DNA of 63,937 nucleotides, the filler included, from Saprolegnia diclina VS20 (Eukaryota), in NCBI RefSeq assembly GCF_000281045.1. It is 13 parts of 9 records of this genome, joined end to end, with 100 filler letters (N's around TTAATTAATTAA, not from the genome) between each part and the next. Parts side by side here need not be neighbours in the genome. Positions count along the whole stretch, not along the records: positions 9,253 to 18,569 come from NW_008246249.1; positions 18,670 to 19,740 come from NW_008246250.1; positions 19,841 to 21,649 come from NW_008246250.1; positions 21,750 to 22,873 come from NW_008246251.1; 9 more parts are not named here. The stretch is one strand, 5' to 3'. Under the pieces are notes generated by a model. The model ran no database searches. It was not told where the DNA came from and saw nothing but the letters and a program-made list of their open reading frames with translations. Of this stretch, positions 10,878 to 22,603 are shown in pieces. The position numbers and the translations under genes are program-made. Positions within the stretch are counted from its first letter, which is position 1. The number at the start of each line of letters is the position of its first letter.

Positions 10878-11273
10878 TCAAAAGATATCGGCGAGGAACT
10901 CGTACTCTTCTTGCGAGAGCACCGAAGACGCGTCGTCGACCGGCTCCATGAAGAGGAGGTCGTCGTCCTCAACCAGGTACGCGTCAAAGGCCGCGGTGTC
11001 GAGCAAGTTGAGGAGCGACGTCGTCATCGGCAACGCGGGCGTCGTCGAATTCGTCGTCGTTTGGAGCTTGCGGAGCGCAGCTTGCTTGCGCTGCTCGCGC
11101 TTTTCCTGGCGGCGCTTGGTCGCATACGTGCGCTGGATCGAGTTGGCCTTGTTGCGGTGGTAGTCGCAGAGCGTGTGGTGGTCGCCGTCCTTCTTGAGCG
11201 ACCGGACGTTGTTGCACGCCTTGTAGGCGTACTTGCACTTGAGCTCGGTGGGCACGTTCATGTTGGCGAGCAT
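10878..11273 (-). CDS. Small oomycete CCCH-like/basic putative transcription factor (131 aa)
   Basis: CKYAYKACNNVRSLKKDGDHHTLCDYHRNKANSIQR, basic tract and acidic C-terminus; INR-like TCACTTTGCAATT on - at ~11300-11312. Confidence 0.75.
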   Translation of the reverse strand: MLANMNVPTELKCKYAYKACNNVRSLKKDGDHHTLCDYHRNKANSIQRTYATKRRQEKREQRKQAALRKLQTTTNSTTPALPMTTSLLNLLDTAAFDAYLVEDDDLLFMEPVDDASSVLSQEEYEFLADIF

Positions 11274-13343
11274 GATCGTTGTTGTTGTTCTTGCTGGTCA
11301 ATTGCAAAGTGAGATCTTAGCGAGACTTCAAGACCGGAACGTCAGACTGCATGCGAAATGAGTGCCACCGAGCGACTTGAAATTTTACGGGCGCGAATTC
11401 AGCAGAGTGGCACACCGTACACGACATAATGTACGGCCGGTCGGCCCTATTTTCGGCACATGCCACCTTACGATTGTCGACGGCCCCACAACGAACTTTG
11501 CTGTACTAGTACAACAAGGCAACACCGCGCGTGACAGGTCCAGTCCCAAGTCATCAAAAGAGAACACGAATGTATGGTGATACTGATCTCAGTTTGCTCA
11601 TGTACCCCGTGCGACCACGAGCAGCCCTTGCAGACTTGTACCGAGTATGCGTGGTGGTACGTGTAAGTTGAGCCGTAATGTCATTTACAGCCCCTCAATT
11701 GCTCGGTCCTATCCGACTGCGGCACACTCGTACGCAGCGTGGGTTACTCTCGTGCAGCCAGCGCTCGCACAGACGCAGACAAGTATCGTCGTCTCGCGGT
11801 TTGTCAATGTGCGGCCAATTTTATTTTCGGCATTTTATGCCGAATATGAGACGTCGTTTTTCTCAATGTACGCCCGTACGCCGTCTCGTACATACGGCGG
11901 CACGAAGCATGAATTCCAAGACGAGACCATAGCGCGCGGCATTCAGCAATGCCACGATGCAAGCATGACGCGCCGCCAATATATAAGATCTGCGTCATTG
12001 ACACTTGTGCGTCATCGTAGCCGCGCGCTACGGAATCGGTGCAATTTTCGCGCTCGTCCTGCAAGGATGTCCAGCTGCAAGTGTTTACCACATCGATCGA
12101 TAGTACGACCGCGATTCAAGGAGGATAGGCTTGGACGGGACACGCAAACGGGGTAGAAACAAGGTTACGACTCTGTGGTTAGTAGTCGACGGTTCGAGAA
12201 GGTCGGTGTGCTTCGAGGAGACCGTTGTGATTCGTATCGCTATGCCAGGCGTGATCACTTTGGTAACCTCCTCGCACGCGACATTGCGCCTCGATGGCGA
12301 ACCAGGTCTATTGATCAGTCCACACCAACAGACTTTCGTTTAGCATTCCTTCCAGATGCGTTGATGCAAAAGCGCACCATGTCAATGCACAGCTAGTTCT
12401 TTCGTTGAGCGTCGCGGGTGTCAGCGAAATAGAAAGCTTGTCTGGCTGCATGTACGAGGACTATGCTATGGCAGCTACACCCGTCGATACAAAGCGCTGC
12501 AGTGGCTTGCGGCCGCGACTATGTACTCGACTGAATACGGTTCACGGATCGCGCCTGCTCACGTCAACGGTTGGTGCAGGCCCGTGATGGCGCCAATAAC
12601 ATTGCCTCGTGGAGGTGCGATCTCTGCGCTGTGATCACAGTCAAACGCACTGCAGCTGTCCATAAGTCCATATATGACGTCCACAAGTCCATCACCAAGG
12701 CGAGTGACAAGCCTGGGCACGTGGCGACCTTCGCTTTGGACGTTCCACCCAGAGAGATACACGGTGCACGAACTTGGACCTCATGTGGGAAAAAGATACT
12801 GATACACGTACAAACGTAGCAATCCGAAATGCAATGTGAACGTGTCTTACAGCTCGTTACGCGTGAGCTAGCAGCACTCGCAGACCGCGCCTCCGTGCCA
12901 AAAGGCATCAGCAGTGGGACGTCTGTAGCCCTTCCAACTCTTGCCATGGCCATCGATTGCGCCGCCAGCCGCAAGCCGTTGGCGCAACTTTGTGGCTCAC
13001 GCGGCGGTATCCGTTGCAAGCGCAGTGTCCTTCTACCCGCCCTTCTCGTACCCTTCCAAGCCCAGTGCACACGCCTTGCGTCGCGGCTCAGCGCTTCGAC
13101 AAGACCAGGAGACACACGATGGCGCCTGTCATTCAAACCGTGATACCCTAGACCTAGCATAGTATGCTACAACCCCGGTGCGCAATGGTCTCTAGTAGAG
13201 TCGGGGGCTTTGGCGCGCGGCCATGTACATGTACCGGTATGGTAGACCCGTGTTTGACATTTTGAACGCTGCTCCGTGGATCTATAAGAACTGGTCGTTT
13301 GGGATAAATAAGGATTGATATTATGATTTCGATGAGACGCTAA

Positions 13344-13778
13344 TCAGTCGACGAGCGTGCACAGAATGTCGTAGTCATCGGCCGACAACTTGAGGCGGTC
13401 CGTAAAAAGGCGGCTGGTCATAAAGAGCGCAGCGTCCGGGACTTCGAGGCCACAGGAATGCGTCTCGGACGGAAAGTCGTCTTCAAACAAGAGCGAGAGG
13501 TCAACCAAATCATTGGGCTCGATTGTGAGCGCCGCATTTGGCAAGAACGGGGCCGGGTCGGGCAGCACAAGCGTCGGCGACCGGCTCCGTGGCGGCGACT
13601 TGCGCTGCAATCGGAGCTCCTGGCGGCGCTTGGTGGCGTAAATCTTTTGAATCGAGTTGGCCTTGTTGCGGTGGTACTCGCAAAGCGTGTGTGGCTCGCC
13701 GTCCTTCTTGAACGTGCGTGTGTTGGGGCACATTTTGTACGGGTACTTGCAGCGCGAGTTGGGCGACGAGGGCATCAT
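13344..13778 (-). CDS. Paralogous CCCH-like/basic putative transcription factor
   Basis: CKYPYKMCPNTRTFKKDGEPHTLCEYHRNKANSIQKIYATKRRQE, the same motif as 10878-11273; acidic tail LSADDYDILCTL. Confidence 0.75.
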   Translation of the reverse strand: MMPSSPNSRCKYPYKMCPNTRTFKKDGEPHTLCEYHRNKANSIQKIYATKRRQELRLQRKSPPRSRSPTLVLPDPAPFLPNAALTIEPNDLVDLSLLFEDDFPSETHSCGLEVPDAALFMTSRLFTDRLKLSADDYDILCTLVD

Positions 13779-15513
13779 AGTGTACTGTACTGGGTGCAAT
13801 TTGGCAAAAGGTAAAGTGGGCAGTTCCAAGTTGAAATTCAACCCCACAACAAGGACCACGACGTGTGTCTATCGGAGCGGTAACAAATGGAGGCCCATCC
13901 TCGCGATTGCATTCGGGCCAGACCTGCTTCTGATGCTGGACGCCGAGCATCGCAGATACTTTTGTAACACGATCTTCCCGCGGGTTCCACGTGGCCAAAC
14001 CAACCGCAGCAAAGCCAACGTACGGAGAAGCCCCTTCGGCACAAGGCACCTCAAGATGGTCTGGATCCCTGGCGTCCCGCGCGACGTTCGAGACCGTACA
14101 TTCTTGCGAGTTTATACACCCGCGACGCTCTTAGTGGATTAGCTAATCGTAACCACTGGCGCACAGTAATGGTCGAGCATACCATGGTGCGGCCGAGGGG
14201 CTCGTATAAAGCCGACGTGGCGTCGTCGAGCCAGACAGGACTGGCCCTTTGAACGCATAAACCGCTGTAACGTCCGGCTTCGACGAAAGAGGCGTTTTGA
14301 TTGGTGCGTTCTTTTTTTGTCGGCCAATCATATCATCCACGTGGCGTTGCCATACCCAATCACTGTCGGGTCCAAACACCAAGCCTACACAAACGGTCAA
14401 TAGCGTTGGATGTTGCCTGTATATCCAGCAACCGCGCTCGCGACGGCGGGACGACGCCGTTCAGGGGCGAGCTCGTACACGAAGAGCCATTTAGAGTACT
14501 AGAAGTAGTTGGACGACGACGACGAGCCTGTCATAGACACGCGTCCTCCGTGTCCAGGGCAGCGAGAAATATATGGTCAGCGTGTGTGCCAGAAGCATCC
14601 AGCCGCGCACTATGCGACGCCTTGACGGACCTTGCAGCACATCACAGCCAAAGGGGTTGTCTCGGCGTTGAAGCCTTGTATGCAACGTGGCGTCCGATCC
14701 GAACCGGAGATGCCGACGCAGGGACATGACTCCACGCAGAAGTTACGCGCCATTGGGGCAAGCGAGCGCCGGAGCCTTCAACCAAGACGGCGCGCACGCG
14801 ATCGGTTGCGGTCGCGCCTTTGGCCACATTTTTTTAACGCGCGTCTGCTCGTCGAACCAAGTCGACGGAAGGAAGTTAGCATTCGATGCGCTGGACGCTG
14901 GCCATGACGCCGACGCGCTGCATGCAGTGCCAGTGCGCGACGCAGCGTCCGTCAACGCATCGGGTCCGCCTCTTTCGACTTAAGACTGTCGCGAGCAACC
15001 CGCGATTAGGGTCGTCTCCGGGTTCGCTCCCACGACGGCACCCAGCTGTAGCGTGGCTGCACGTAAGGGCATCGAAGGGCCAGGGCGGTCTCTACTCGTA
15101 TGCTAGGCGTCCAGCTACAACTGTGTCGTGCACGGCTGCCTTGCACCACAAACGTCCTGTAGACTGCACTCACGTGCCACCTTGCATATCGACGTCGATA
15201 TCGATCGCGCCACCACAGGACACGCCAGACAACGTGGCCAAGCCCACTGCGGTCGTGTCGCGCATGCGTCCGGTGGCAACGACGGGCCAAAACGTCCATG
15301 CAAACGTCCAGGCGCGTCCGACTTCAAGGCGCACGGAACCGGGTCTTTCGGCGCAACGGCCGCCAGCCGCGGGCGTGTCGCGGCGCACGTCGCGACAAGC
15401 AGCAAGGTCGTCGGCGTCGGTGCAGCAAGGCAAGACGGGATGAAGAACACAGCCATGTTGACGCCAGTCATCAATCCCACACAACACGCACACATAAGAC
15501 ACAAGGCCGTCGC

Positions 15514-15756
15514 CTACGCCGCCAGCGCCATGCACGGCTTGGTGCACCACGGGTGGTCGAGCGCGAGCTTGCGGCGGATGTCTCGCTCGATCTGGCGGAT
15601 CGCGTTGAGGTCGCTGGGGCTGCTCGACGTCGCGATCTGGATGCCCATCTCGTCGTTGCGCCACACGAGGTGGTTCTCGTTGCGCTTGAGCTTAAAGCCG
15701 TACGACGCCATCATCTCGGAGAGCGCACGCAGCCACTTGGTCCTGACCTTGGCCAT
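15514..15756 (-). CDS. HicA-like (dsRBD-fold mRNA interferase family) small protein, 80 aa
   Basis: MAKVRTKWLRALSEMMASYGFKLKRNENHLVWRNDEMGIQIATSSSPSDLNAIRQIERDIRRKL shows the helix-GF-strand-H-strand...S/TPSD-helix pattern of HicA-like proteins; GC3-rich codons like host genes. Confidence 0.6.
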   Translation of the reverse strand: MAKVRTKWLRALSEMMASYGFKLKRNENHLVWRNDEMGIQIATSSSPSDLNAIRQIERDIRRKLALDHPWCTKPCMALAA

Positions 15757-16641
15757 GTTGGCAACGGGCAAAGAAGTGGGCAAGCCGGTCAAAGATATCT
15801 GCGTCGATCGGCCGCAGAGTATGCATTGCCAGAGGTTTGCAATCTGGCTCTCTCAAAGGCTCGTGTTTTTCTCATTTTCGTATCTTTTTGCCTACCAAAG
15901 CCTCATACAAAGGGGTTGATTGAGACGGTATAGAGATATGCTTTCGGCTATTGGGTGGTGGCTACCAGGCAACGAACGCCCTTTGCACGACGCTTTTACC
16001 TCGTCAACTGCGTAACACGGTGTTTCCTAGAGGCACAGAAAGCCCTCGCTATCTGCATCGTCTATCGAACACACTGCTGACATGCACGTCCCGATACGGG
16101 GAGCGATGATGGGACCTCTGAGAATCGATATATCCGGTGTCAGCATACATTTGAGTGGTACGGACATGGCGCTGGATCAAGCTTGCTAACGGCTTGATCC
16201 TGGAGACTGCGTCGACGTCTTGACGTGTGACGCGTCGTCCAAAACGAGTCCGTGCGTATACGCGTCGATCTCGGGTTCTTGCGGCCCGACCTTGACGGAG
16301 ACATCAAGTGTCCATCTTGAAAGTGCAACTCCCTCAAAACAATGCAGCACCTCGTCGGCCACTTTTCCCGCCAAAAACAGCGGTCGCCATCATATATGGG
16401 TCGCCATGCAAATCAAGGACACTACTGTTCGTCGAGTCCCTTTTTGCCATGTCGTCAAATACCCGCATAAACACATTGAAACATTGATACCTTGCGTCAC
16501 TGCCGGCGATTTTCTGCACGCTGTGCAATGTACTCGTTGAACGAGCGGCTTCATGCGCATTCTGGCGGGACACACGATTTCCGAATTCTAATGTAGTGTT
16601 ATAACACCATTTCCGTGCAATCCGCGTGAAACACCAGCATC

Positions 16642-18384
16642 ATGCGCCACGACCATGGGTGGAAGTCGACCGAGGTCAAGGCCATCCGCGCCGCCCTCCT
16701 CGCGTGGTACGACAAGCGTCGCCGGTGCCTGCCATGGCGTGGCGACAGTCCGCCGTTCCTGAGCGTCCTCGAGGACCGGGCGCCGGGCTACGTGGCGTCG
16801 GTGCCAGTGTCGCCGTATGGCACGTGGGTCTCGGAGATCATGTGCCAGCAGACGCGCGTTGAGACGGTCGTCGACTACTATGTGCGCTGGATGGACAAGT
16901 TCCCGACGGTGCATGCGCTCGCCGCCGCCGAGCCCGACCAAGTCAACGCGGCGTGGGCCGGCCTCGGGTAAAGGACGTTCTTCGCGCGGCGCTCACGATG
17001 CTACGCGTAGCTACTACCGCCGCGCGCGCATGCTCCACGACGGCGCCAAGTTTGTCGTCGAGACGTACAACGGCGAGATGCCCAACGACATTGAGCGCCT
17101 CAAAGCGATTCCGGGCATCGGCCCGTACACGGCCGGCGCGATTGCGTCGGTGGCGTTCAACGTGCCCGCGCCGCTCGTCGACGGCAACGTCATCCGCGTC
17201 GTCGCGCGACTGCGTGCGATTGGCGCAGACCCCAAGCACAAGCCGCTCCTCGACCATTGCTGGTACATCTTCCAATTCAACAAGAGAGGAGATGATGCGT
17301 GCATGTAGGGAGTCGGGGCAAACGCTACTGGACGCCGACCGCCCAGGCGACTTTAACCAAGCGCTCATGGAGCTCGGCGCGCGGCTCTGCTCGATCCAGG
17401 TCGGCTAGAGATCTCTGCTTTCTTTTTTGGTTACACTCGATAGAACCCGTCGTGCGAGAGCTGCCCCGTGCAAGCCCAATGTCACGCCTACGCCGAGTCT
17501 CAAGTATGATGATATTATCGCGCACGGAACCATAATGGACCGTCGATCCCTCATATGAAGGTACCCAAGAAGACGGCCAAAGCCACGGATATCGAGTGCA
17601 GTATGTGTGACATGACCCGCCTCGACGAGTGGGGGCTCCCAGGCGGCGAGGTCGACGTATCTCTCAGTAGACAACAAATGTTTATGTATCGCTTTCTAGG
17701 TCACGCAGTACCCCCTCAAGACGCGCAAGAAGGCGCCTCGCAACGAAGCACTCAACATTCTCGTGCTCACGACCGAGTTTGCCGACGGTACGCGCCATGT
17801 ATCCCAAGGACGCTGCGAATAGCTGACGCACGCAGGCGAGATCGCGTACCTCATGACCAAACGACCCGAGGGCGGTCTTTTGGCGGGGCAGTGGGAGTTT
17901 CCCGCTGTCAAAGTAAGACAACCACAGTGTTATATGCGATAGCTCAATGCGGCGGTAGATGGCCGACGACGACGTCATCCCCGCGTACAAGGCTCGGCAA
18001 AACGTGTCCAACGACCAGCTCTGTGAGCTCTTTGGGCTTACGACCATGAAGGCGATCGTACCGTACTTGGAGTCGCGCGCCGACAAGGGCGATCTCGTGC
18101 ATATCTTCTCGCACGTCAAGCATCACATGGGCGTCGAGCACGTTCAGTTGACGCCCAATGAGGCGCTTGCGACGTTGTTTCCGCCGGCGTATGCGTGGAT
18201 GACGCCAGCCAAGTTGGCCGAGGCCGGCGTGACGACGGGTATGAAAAAGGTCATGCAGCTTCTCAATCCGACCAAGGCGGCCAAGAAAACCAAGGCGCCG
18301 CGCCAACCAACGTCGCGCAAGGTCAAGTGCAAAGTCGAGTCCGGCCCCATCACGTCCTTTTTCAAGCCTGAACCCAAGTCATAA
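16642..18384 (+). CDS. MUTYH: Adenine DNA glycosylase MutY/MYH (multi-exon)
   Basis: LLAWYDK.RR.LPWR, WVSEIMCQQTRV, WAGLG|YYRRAR, HhH IPGIGPYTAGAI, VDGNVIRV, PGDFNQALMELGA, Fe-S C..CESCPVQAQC, KRPEGGLLAGQWEFP, HIFSH. Confidence 0.95.
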
Positions 18385-18669
18385 AGATGCTACCAATATC
18401 ATACGTGAACATGAAGTGAGGTAGATACTTGGAGTCAATGCGGTGTTCGTCATGTGTGCTGCAGACCCTAAACCCAATTGGCGCAGCGCACAAGGCGAAT
18501 GCGTCAAGGCTGGAATGAACGCGTCTCGAGGATACTGTAGTTGAAGCACGAGTTCTCAACGATGAAGAANNNNNNNNNNNNNNNNNNNNNNNNNNNNNNN
18601 NNNNNNNNNNNNNTTAATTAATTAANNNNNNNNNNNNNNNNNNNNNNNNNNNNNNNNNNNNNNNNNNNN

Positions 18670-18768
18670 GCCAACATGGACGACATGGACGCCGTGTCGG
18701 TCTTTATTGCTGGCCTCGAATACCTCAAGCACCTCTTTATGACCTCCGCACCGCCGACGGCTGCGTAA
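18670..18768 (+). CDS. C-terminus of small acidic protein (GLEYLK family), 5'-truncated by gap
   Basis: DDMDAVSVFIAGLEYLKHLFMTSAPPTAA*, similar to the 19215-19448 product. Confidence 0.55.
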   Translation, partial: ANMDDMDAVSVFIAGLEYLKHLFMTSAPPTAA

Positions 18769-19214
18769 TGAGCCTTCTCGACCCACGTTTGTACTATACG
18801 AGTATTATTTTAAGCAAAATGAGCGCGAGCTCCTCACTTTCCGACATTTTTGTTGCAATTGGCATGTTTCTCGATGATCTCACGTTGAGACCTGGTCGCG
18901 TGCATGTTGTGCGAAAGGATTGCGAACAATCTCGGTTTTTTACATGGCGATTTTGAGCGGCGCATCGACTCACGTGAAGAGCTTTCTCACTCCGAGAATT
19001 CAATCTTTCGAGTTCAAACTATTCGTAGACTAGGTATAGCTAGCACCACCACAGTTTTCGTCGCGACGTCATATGACCACCGATTTGTGTATGCTACATT
19101 AGCGCATATATTATCAATACATAATTAATGGAGGCCTAGAGCTGGGCTCACGTAAGGGTTGCTGTTTTGGGTATTGTACAGGCGCGGGGCTCAGTGTGTT
19201 TGCTCCGGGGATGA

Positions 19215-19448
19215 CTACGCGGTGTTCGCCGAGCTTAGAAAAATGCTCTTGAGGTACTCGAGGCCGACAAGAAACATTGCCAGCGCGTTCACGTCGACCA
19301 CATCCGTGTCGACGTCGAATGTAAAGTCGTTCATGTACGAGTCAATGTCGGGGAGGAGCGCATCTTGATCACCATAGTTGAACATGGCGGGCGTATTGTT
19401 AACGTTGCTCGTGTGCGCTGGCGTGGGGAGAATCGTGTCGATGGGCAT
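19215..19448 (-). CDS. Small acidic protein, 77 aa (GLEYLK family)
   Basis: MPIDTILP...DVVDVNALAMFLVGLEYLKSIFLSSANTA; INR-like TCACTTTTCAAA immediately upstream of the ATG. Confidence 0.6.
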   Translation of the reverse strand: MPIDTILPTPAHTSNVNNTPAMFNYGDQDALLPDIDSYMNDFTFDVDTDVVDVNALAMFLVGLEYLKSIFLSSANTA

Positions 19449-19840
19449 TTTGAAAAGTGAGGATGGAGTTCGTTTTTGCGCACCGAGATTCGAGGGACCC
19501 CATAATCTGGTACTAGTGAATTGAATACGTGTGCTTGCAGCGGGAGGTTGACACCTCACAATTTTGCTGTACATAAATGGAGCAACTTGTAGTTGAGCCC
19601 ACCTCGTCGCAAAAGTCGTCGATTTTATGCCCTACAGGCTTGATGCGAAATTCTGCGATCGTGAGTCAGCCGCCCGTTCTCGTCGGCGAAATGATGGTCA
19701 GGAGATGCCGGCGAAATATTGTCGTTCTTTGGTTGAAGTTNNNNNNNNNNNNNNNNNNNNNNNNNNNNNNNNNNNNNNNNNNNNTTAATTAATTAANNNN
19801 NNNNNNNNNNNNNNNNNNNNNNNNNNNNNNNNNNNNNNNN

Positions 19841-19930
19841 GAAGAAGAAGGAGATTGCTAGTCTCTACGTATGCGAAGTCTTGGTGTAATTATGAAGATA
19901 ACGCGAAACACGTTCATATATATATATATA
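19841..19930 (+). mobile_element. 3' end of RTE-like non-LTR retroelement with (TA)n tail
   Basis: Near-identical to the reverse complement of 61772-61855. Confidence 0.85.
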
Positions 19931-20254
19931 ATTCGCAAGTGTCTAGTTTTATCCGTAAATAGCACTGGCTTACGAAATAATCCTTCGGCCTGGCTCTGGA
20001 AATAACGCCCAGCGAAATTCCAAAACGAGATATTGGCTATACTATATGGCGTATCCGGCTCATCCGCATAATTTAAGCTTACTTTTAGTAATGATATAGG
20101 GTCCCCGAGATAGTGCCTCGATTATTCTGGTTTTATGAAATTCGAGCGAAATCGGGCAATAATAGTGCCCAAAAGAACGGTGAAATATCGTAATTACCAT
20201 AATTTTACAGTTAAATGAGTGAGTTGTCGCTTCTTGATCCACTTCGAAAAATCT

Positions 20255-21075
20255 ATGGCGAAGCGCTCGAACGCTCCTCCGACTGCCGCCGCGCGCGCAA
20301 AGAAGGCGCGCCGCAATACTAGCACCAGTAGTGCTTCCTCCTCACCTTCCGTCTCGGTCGACGCTCCTCGTACCCTGCCGGCCGACATCCCAGGTGCCGC
20401 GGTCATCTACCGCTGCGTGGCCAAGTCGACGCGCTAGCAGTACCGGGCGTCGAACAATGTGTTCGCCCGGTGGACGATCAAGATCCATTAAGCTCCCACT
20501 GCTATTCGAAGTCGTGCAGCGCTACTATTATTACCTCACGCACAAATTCGACCGCAACGGCCAACCGTTCGACCCTCCGCAATACAACTCGCACAACCAC
20601 GTCAACGGCGCCAAGAGTGCGCTTGTCTTCTTGCACAAGGACGTCAGCGCGATATCGCCAGAACTTGACGCGATGATGACGAGTATGTCTCTACATTCCG
20701 ACAACCATGGTCTCTAACTACTCCTTAGGTATTTTGCATGGGAACAAGCGGGACGCTGCGACGTACAAGCAAAAGGGCCAGATAAAGATGACCGAAGTCA
20801 AGGAACCGCTCTCAATGGAGGGTACGTCTCGCGAATGATTCCGTAGCTGACTTACCGAACGCCTTTGTTACTATGCTACATGTATCTCGTCGAGACAGCT
20901 ATAAACCCAAGCAGAGACCCATTCCTCTCCAAGATGGCGCATGCATTCCTCGTGTTTTGCTGGAACCTCGCGACGCGGGCAGCCTCGACAGCGACCATCA
21001 TATACGAGCACATCACGTTTTAAGCAATAACATAGCTACTTGCGTCTTTGCATAGGATCGACCATACTTGTCCAT
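20255..21075 (+). mobile_element. Crypton (tyrosine-recombinase transposon) pseudogene
   Basis: Broken frames give AKSALVFLH, KRDAATYKQKGQIKMTEVKEPLSMEG and HAFLVFCWNLATRAASTATIIYEHITF (WNLxxR YR box I). In-frame TAG at 20435-20437 and frameshifts. Confidence 0.7.
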
Positions 21076-21140
21076 GGCACCCCAGGGACTTCTTCTTGCG
21101 TCAAGACGCCACGTCAAGGCCTCCCGTATTGGATAAATAC

Positions 21141-21459
21141 GTATAATGTTTCACAGGTACAAGCCATTTCGCCCGAATTATTTGGTGAAGCGCCATCTTT
21201 ATGCGTATATATATATGAACGTGTTCCGCGTTATCTTCATTATGACACAAAGACTTCGCATACGTAGCGCTACGCCTGAATGCGTGGGAGTTGGCTCCAG
21301 CACTTGGTCGTTGGGAGTGAGCTGCGTACGGAGAGATCCATCCCGTGGTGGACTCGCCGAGTCATAGCTCGCGCGAGGTCGTACGCAGGCTCCTATCTTT
21401 ATGCGTGCGTTACCAAATTCGGGCGAAATGGCTGGTACAGTACCTGTGAAATATTATAC
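21141..21459. mobile_element. Small fold-back/MITE-like element interrupted by a retroposon
   Basis: Inverted arms gtataatgtttcacaggtac..agccatttcgcccgaatt (21141-~21187) and ~21411-21459. Confidence 0.7.
21207..21394 (-). mobile_element. 188-bp SINE-like retroposon sharing the RTE 3' tail
   Basis: 12-bp TSD ATCTTTATGCGT (21195-21206, 21395-21406) and (TA)n tail; the last ~60 nt match the RTE 3' end while the body does not. Confidence 0.8.
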
Positions 21460-21749
21460 TAGTACAAAAATAACGCATCGCATTCAACACTAAATTTCCT
21501 GCCAACAACAAGCGACCGGTTCTCAGAGCGCGGCACTCGTCACGTCTTGTATGGAGAAACAGTCCAACGCATCCGTTTCCGGAAATGCCCAAAAAAGATG
21601 CCGTACTCTTGCTACTATACACACAACTTCCCCGACCACGACGTAGACGNNNNNNNNNNNNNNNNNNNNNNNNNNNNNNNNNNNNNNNNNNNNTTAATTA
21701 ATTAANNNNNNNNNNNNNNNNNNNNNNNNNNNNNNNNNNNNNNNNNNNN

Positions 21750-22373
21750 AAAGCGCCGCCATTGGACTCGTACAAAGCGCTCCTCGCCACGTCCGAACTC
21801 ACTTGGTTTGTCTACGTCCTCAACGACGTTGGAAGCGCGCTCACGCGGCAGTACACGTACTCGTATGGCTCGGTTAGCGCCAACTGGACGTGGGTGCTTG
21901 CCTCGCTCTGGACGCTGCTGTCGCCGCAGCCGTACGACGCATCGATGCAGCGCAAGTGCTCGGCTCTGAATTTGGACTTTGCGCTCTATTGCGACAGCGG
22001 CACCATTGTACTCGGTGACCAGCGCCGCTGCCTCGAGTGTATGGGCTTGGCACTCGTGGCGTGCGTGGTTTGCTACCTGTATGCGCGCCGATCGTCACCG
22101 AATTTGACACCAATTTTTACGCCTCCGCTCTTGCTCAACGCCCAGGGTTATCACATGCTCACGTTCAAACACTGGGTGGCCAATGGCGTCTACTACATTG
22201 ACACGACGTCGGCCATCATGGCAGGCGTCTTGTCGTGGAAATGCCAGGGGCACATCTACCTCCTCGATATCAAGACGTGGCGCTTCGTGTCGACCGCGCT
22301 CCCGACGCCGCGGCCTCAATCCCGCGCGGCCAAAGAAGAGCGCTTTGCGCATGCCTTTCCGCTGCATCTCTAA
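21750..22373 (+). CDS. C-terminal part of large multi-pass membrane protein (lineage-expanded family)
   Basis: SELTWFVYVLND...QRKC...LYCDSGTIVLG...SAIMAGVL...YLLDIKTWR; same module as in 22974-25387. Confidence 0.7.
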   Translation, partial: KAPPLDSYKALLATSELTWFVYVLNDVGSALTRQYTYSYGSVSANWTWVLASLWTLLSPQPYDASMQRKCSALNLDFALYCDSGTIVLGDQRRCLECMGLALVACVVCYLYARRSSPNLTPIFTPPLLLNAQGYHMLTFKHWVANGVYYIDTTSAIMAGVLSWKCQGHIYLLDIKTWRFVSTALPTPRPQSRAAKEERFAHAFPLHL

Positions 22374-22603
22374 TAGTTTAGCGAACGTGGTATATATTTT
22401 TTCATTTTTGGTTGGCGTTTATCGGACGACTAACTACTAGTACACTTTATAGACAAAAGTCGCGCGAGCCGCATGCCTATGCCTGTGCGGTGTGATGTCT
22501 TGGAGGAGGTGGTAAGAGGTGTTTTTGGAGCGTATGGGAGCTGGATGAATCAAGTGGATTGTATATATAATTTAGACGTTATGAAATGTGAATGTACACG
22601 CAA

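Noticed and set aside
11600..13200. Several 60-200-aa ORFs between the two TF-like genes
   Set aside because: No motif or consistent coding bias; probably intergenic or decayed sequence
14300..16600. Possible HicB antitoxin beside the HicA-like ORF
   Set aside because: No flanking ORF shows a recognisable HicB RNase-H-like or HTH/RHH pattern
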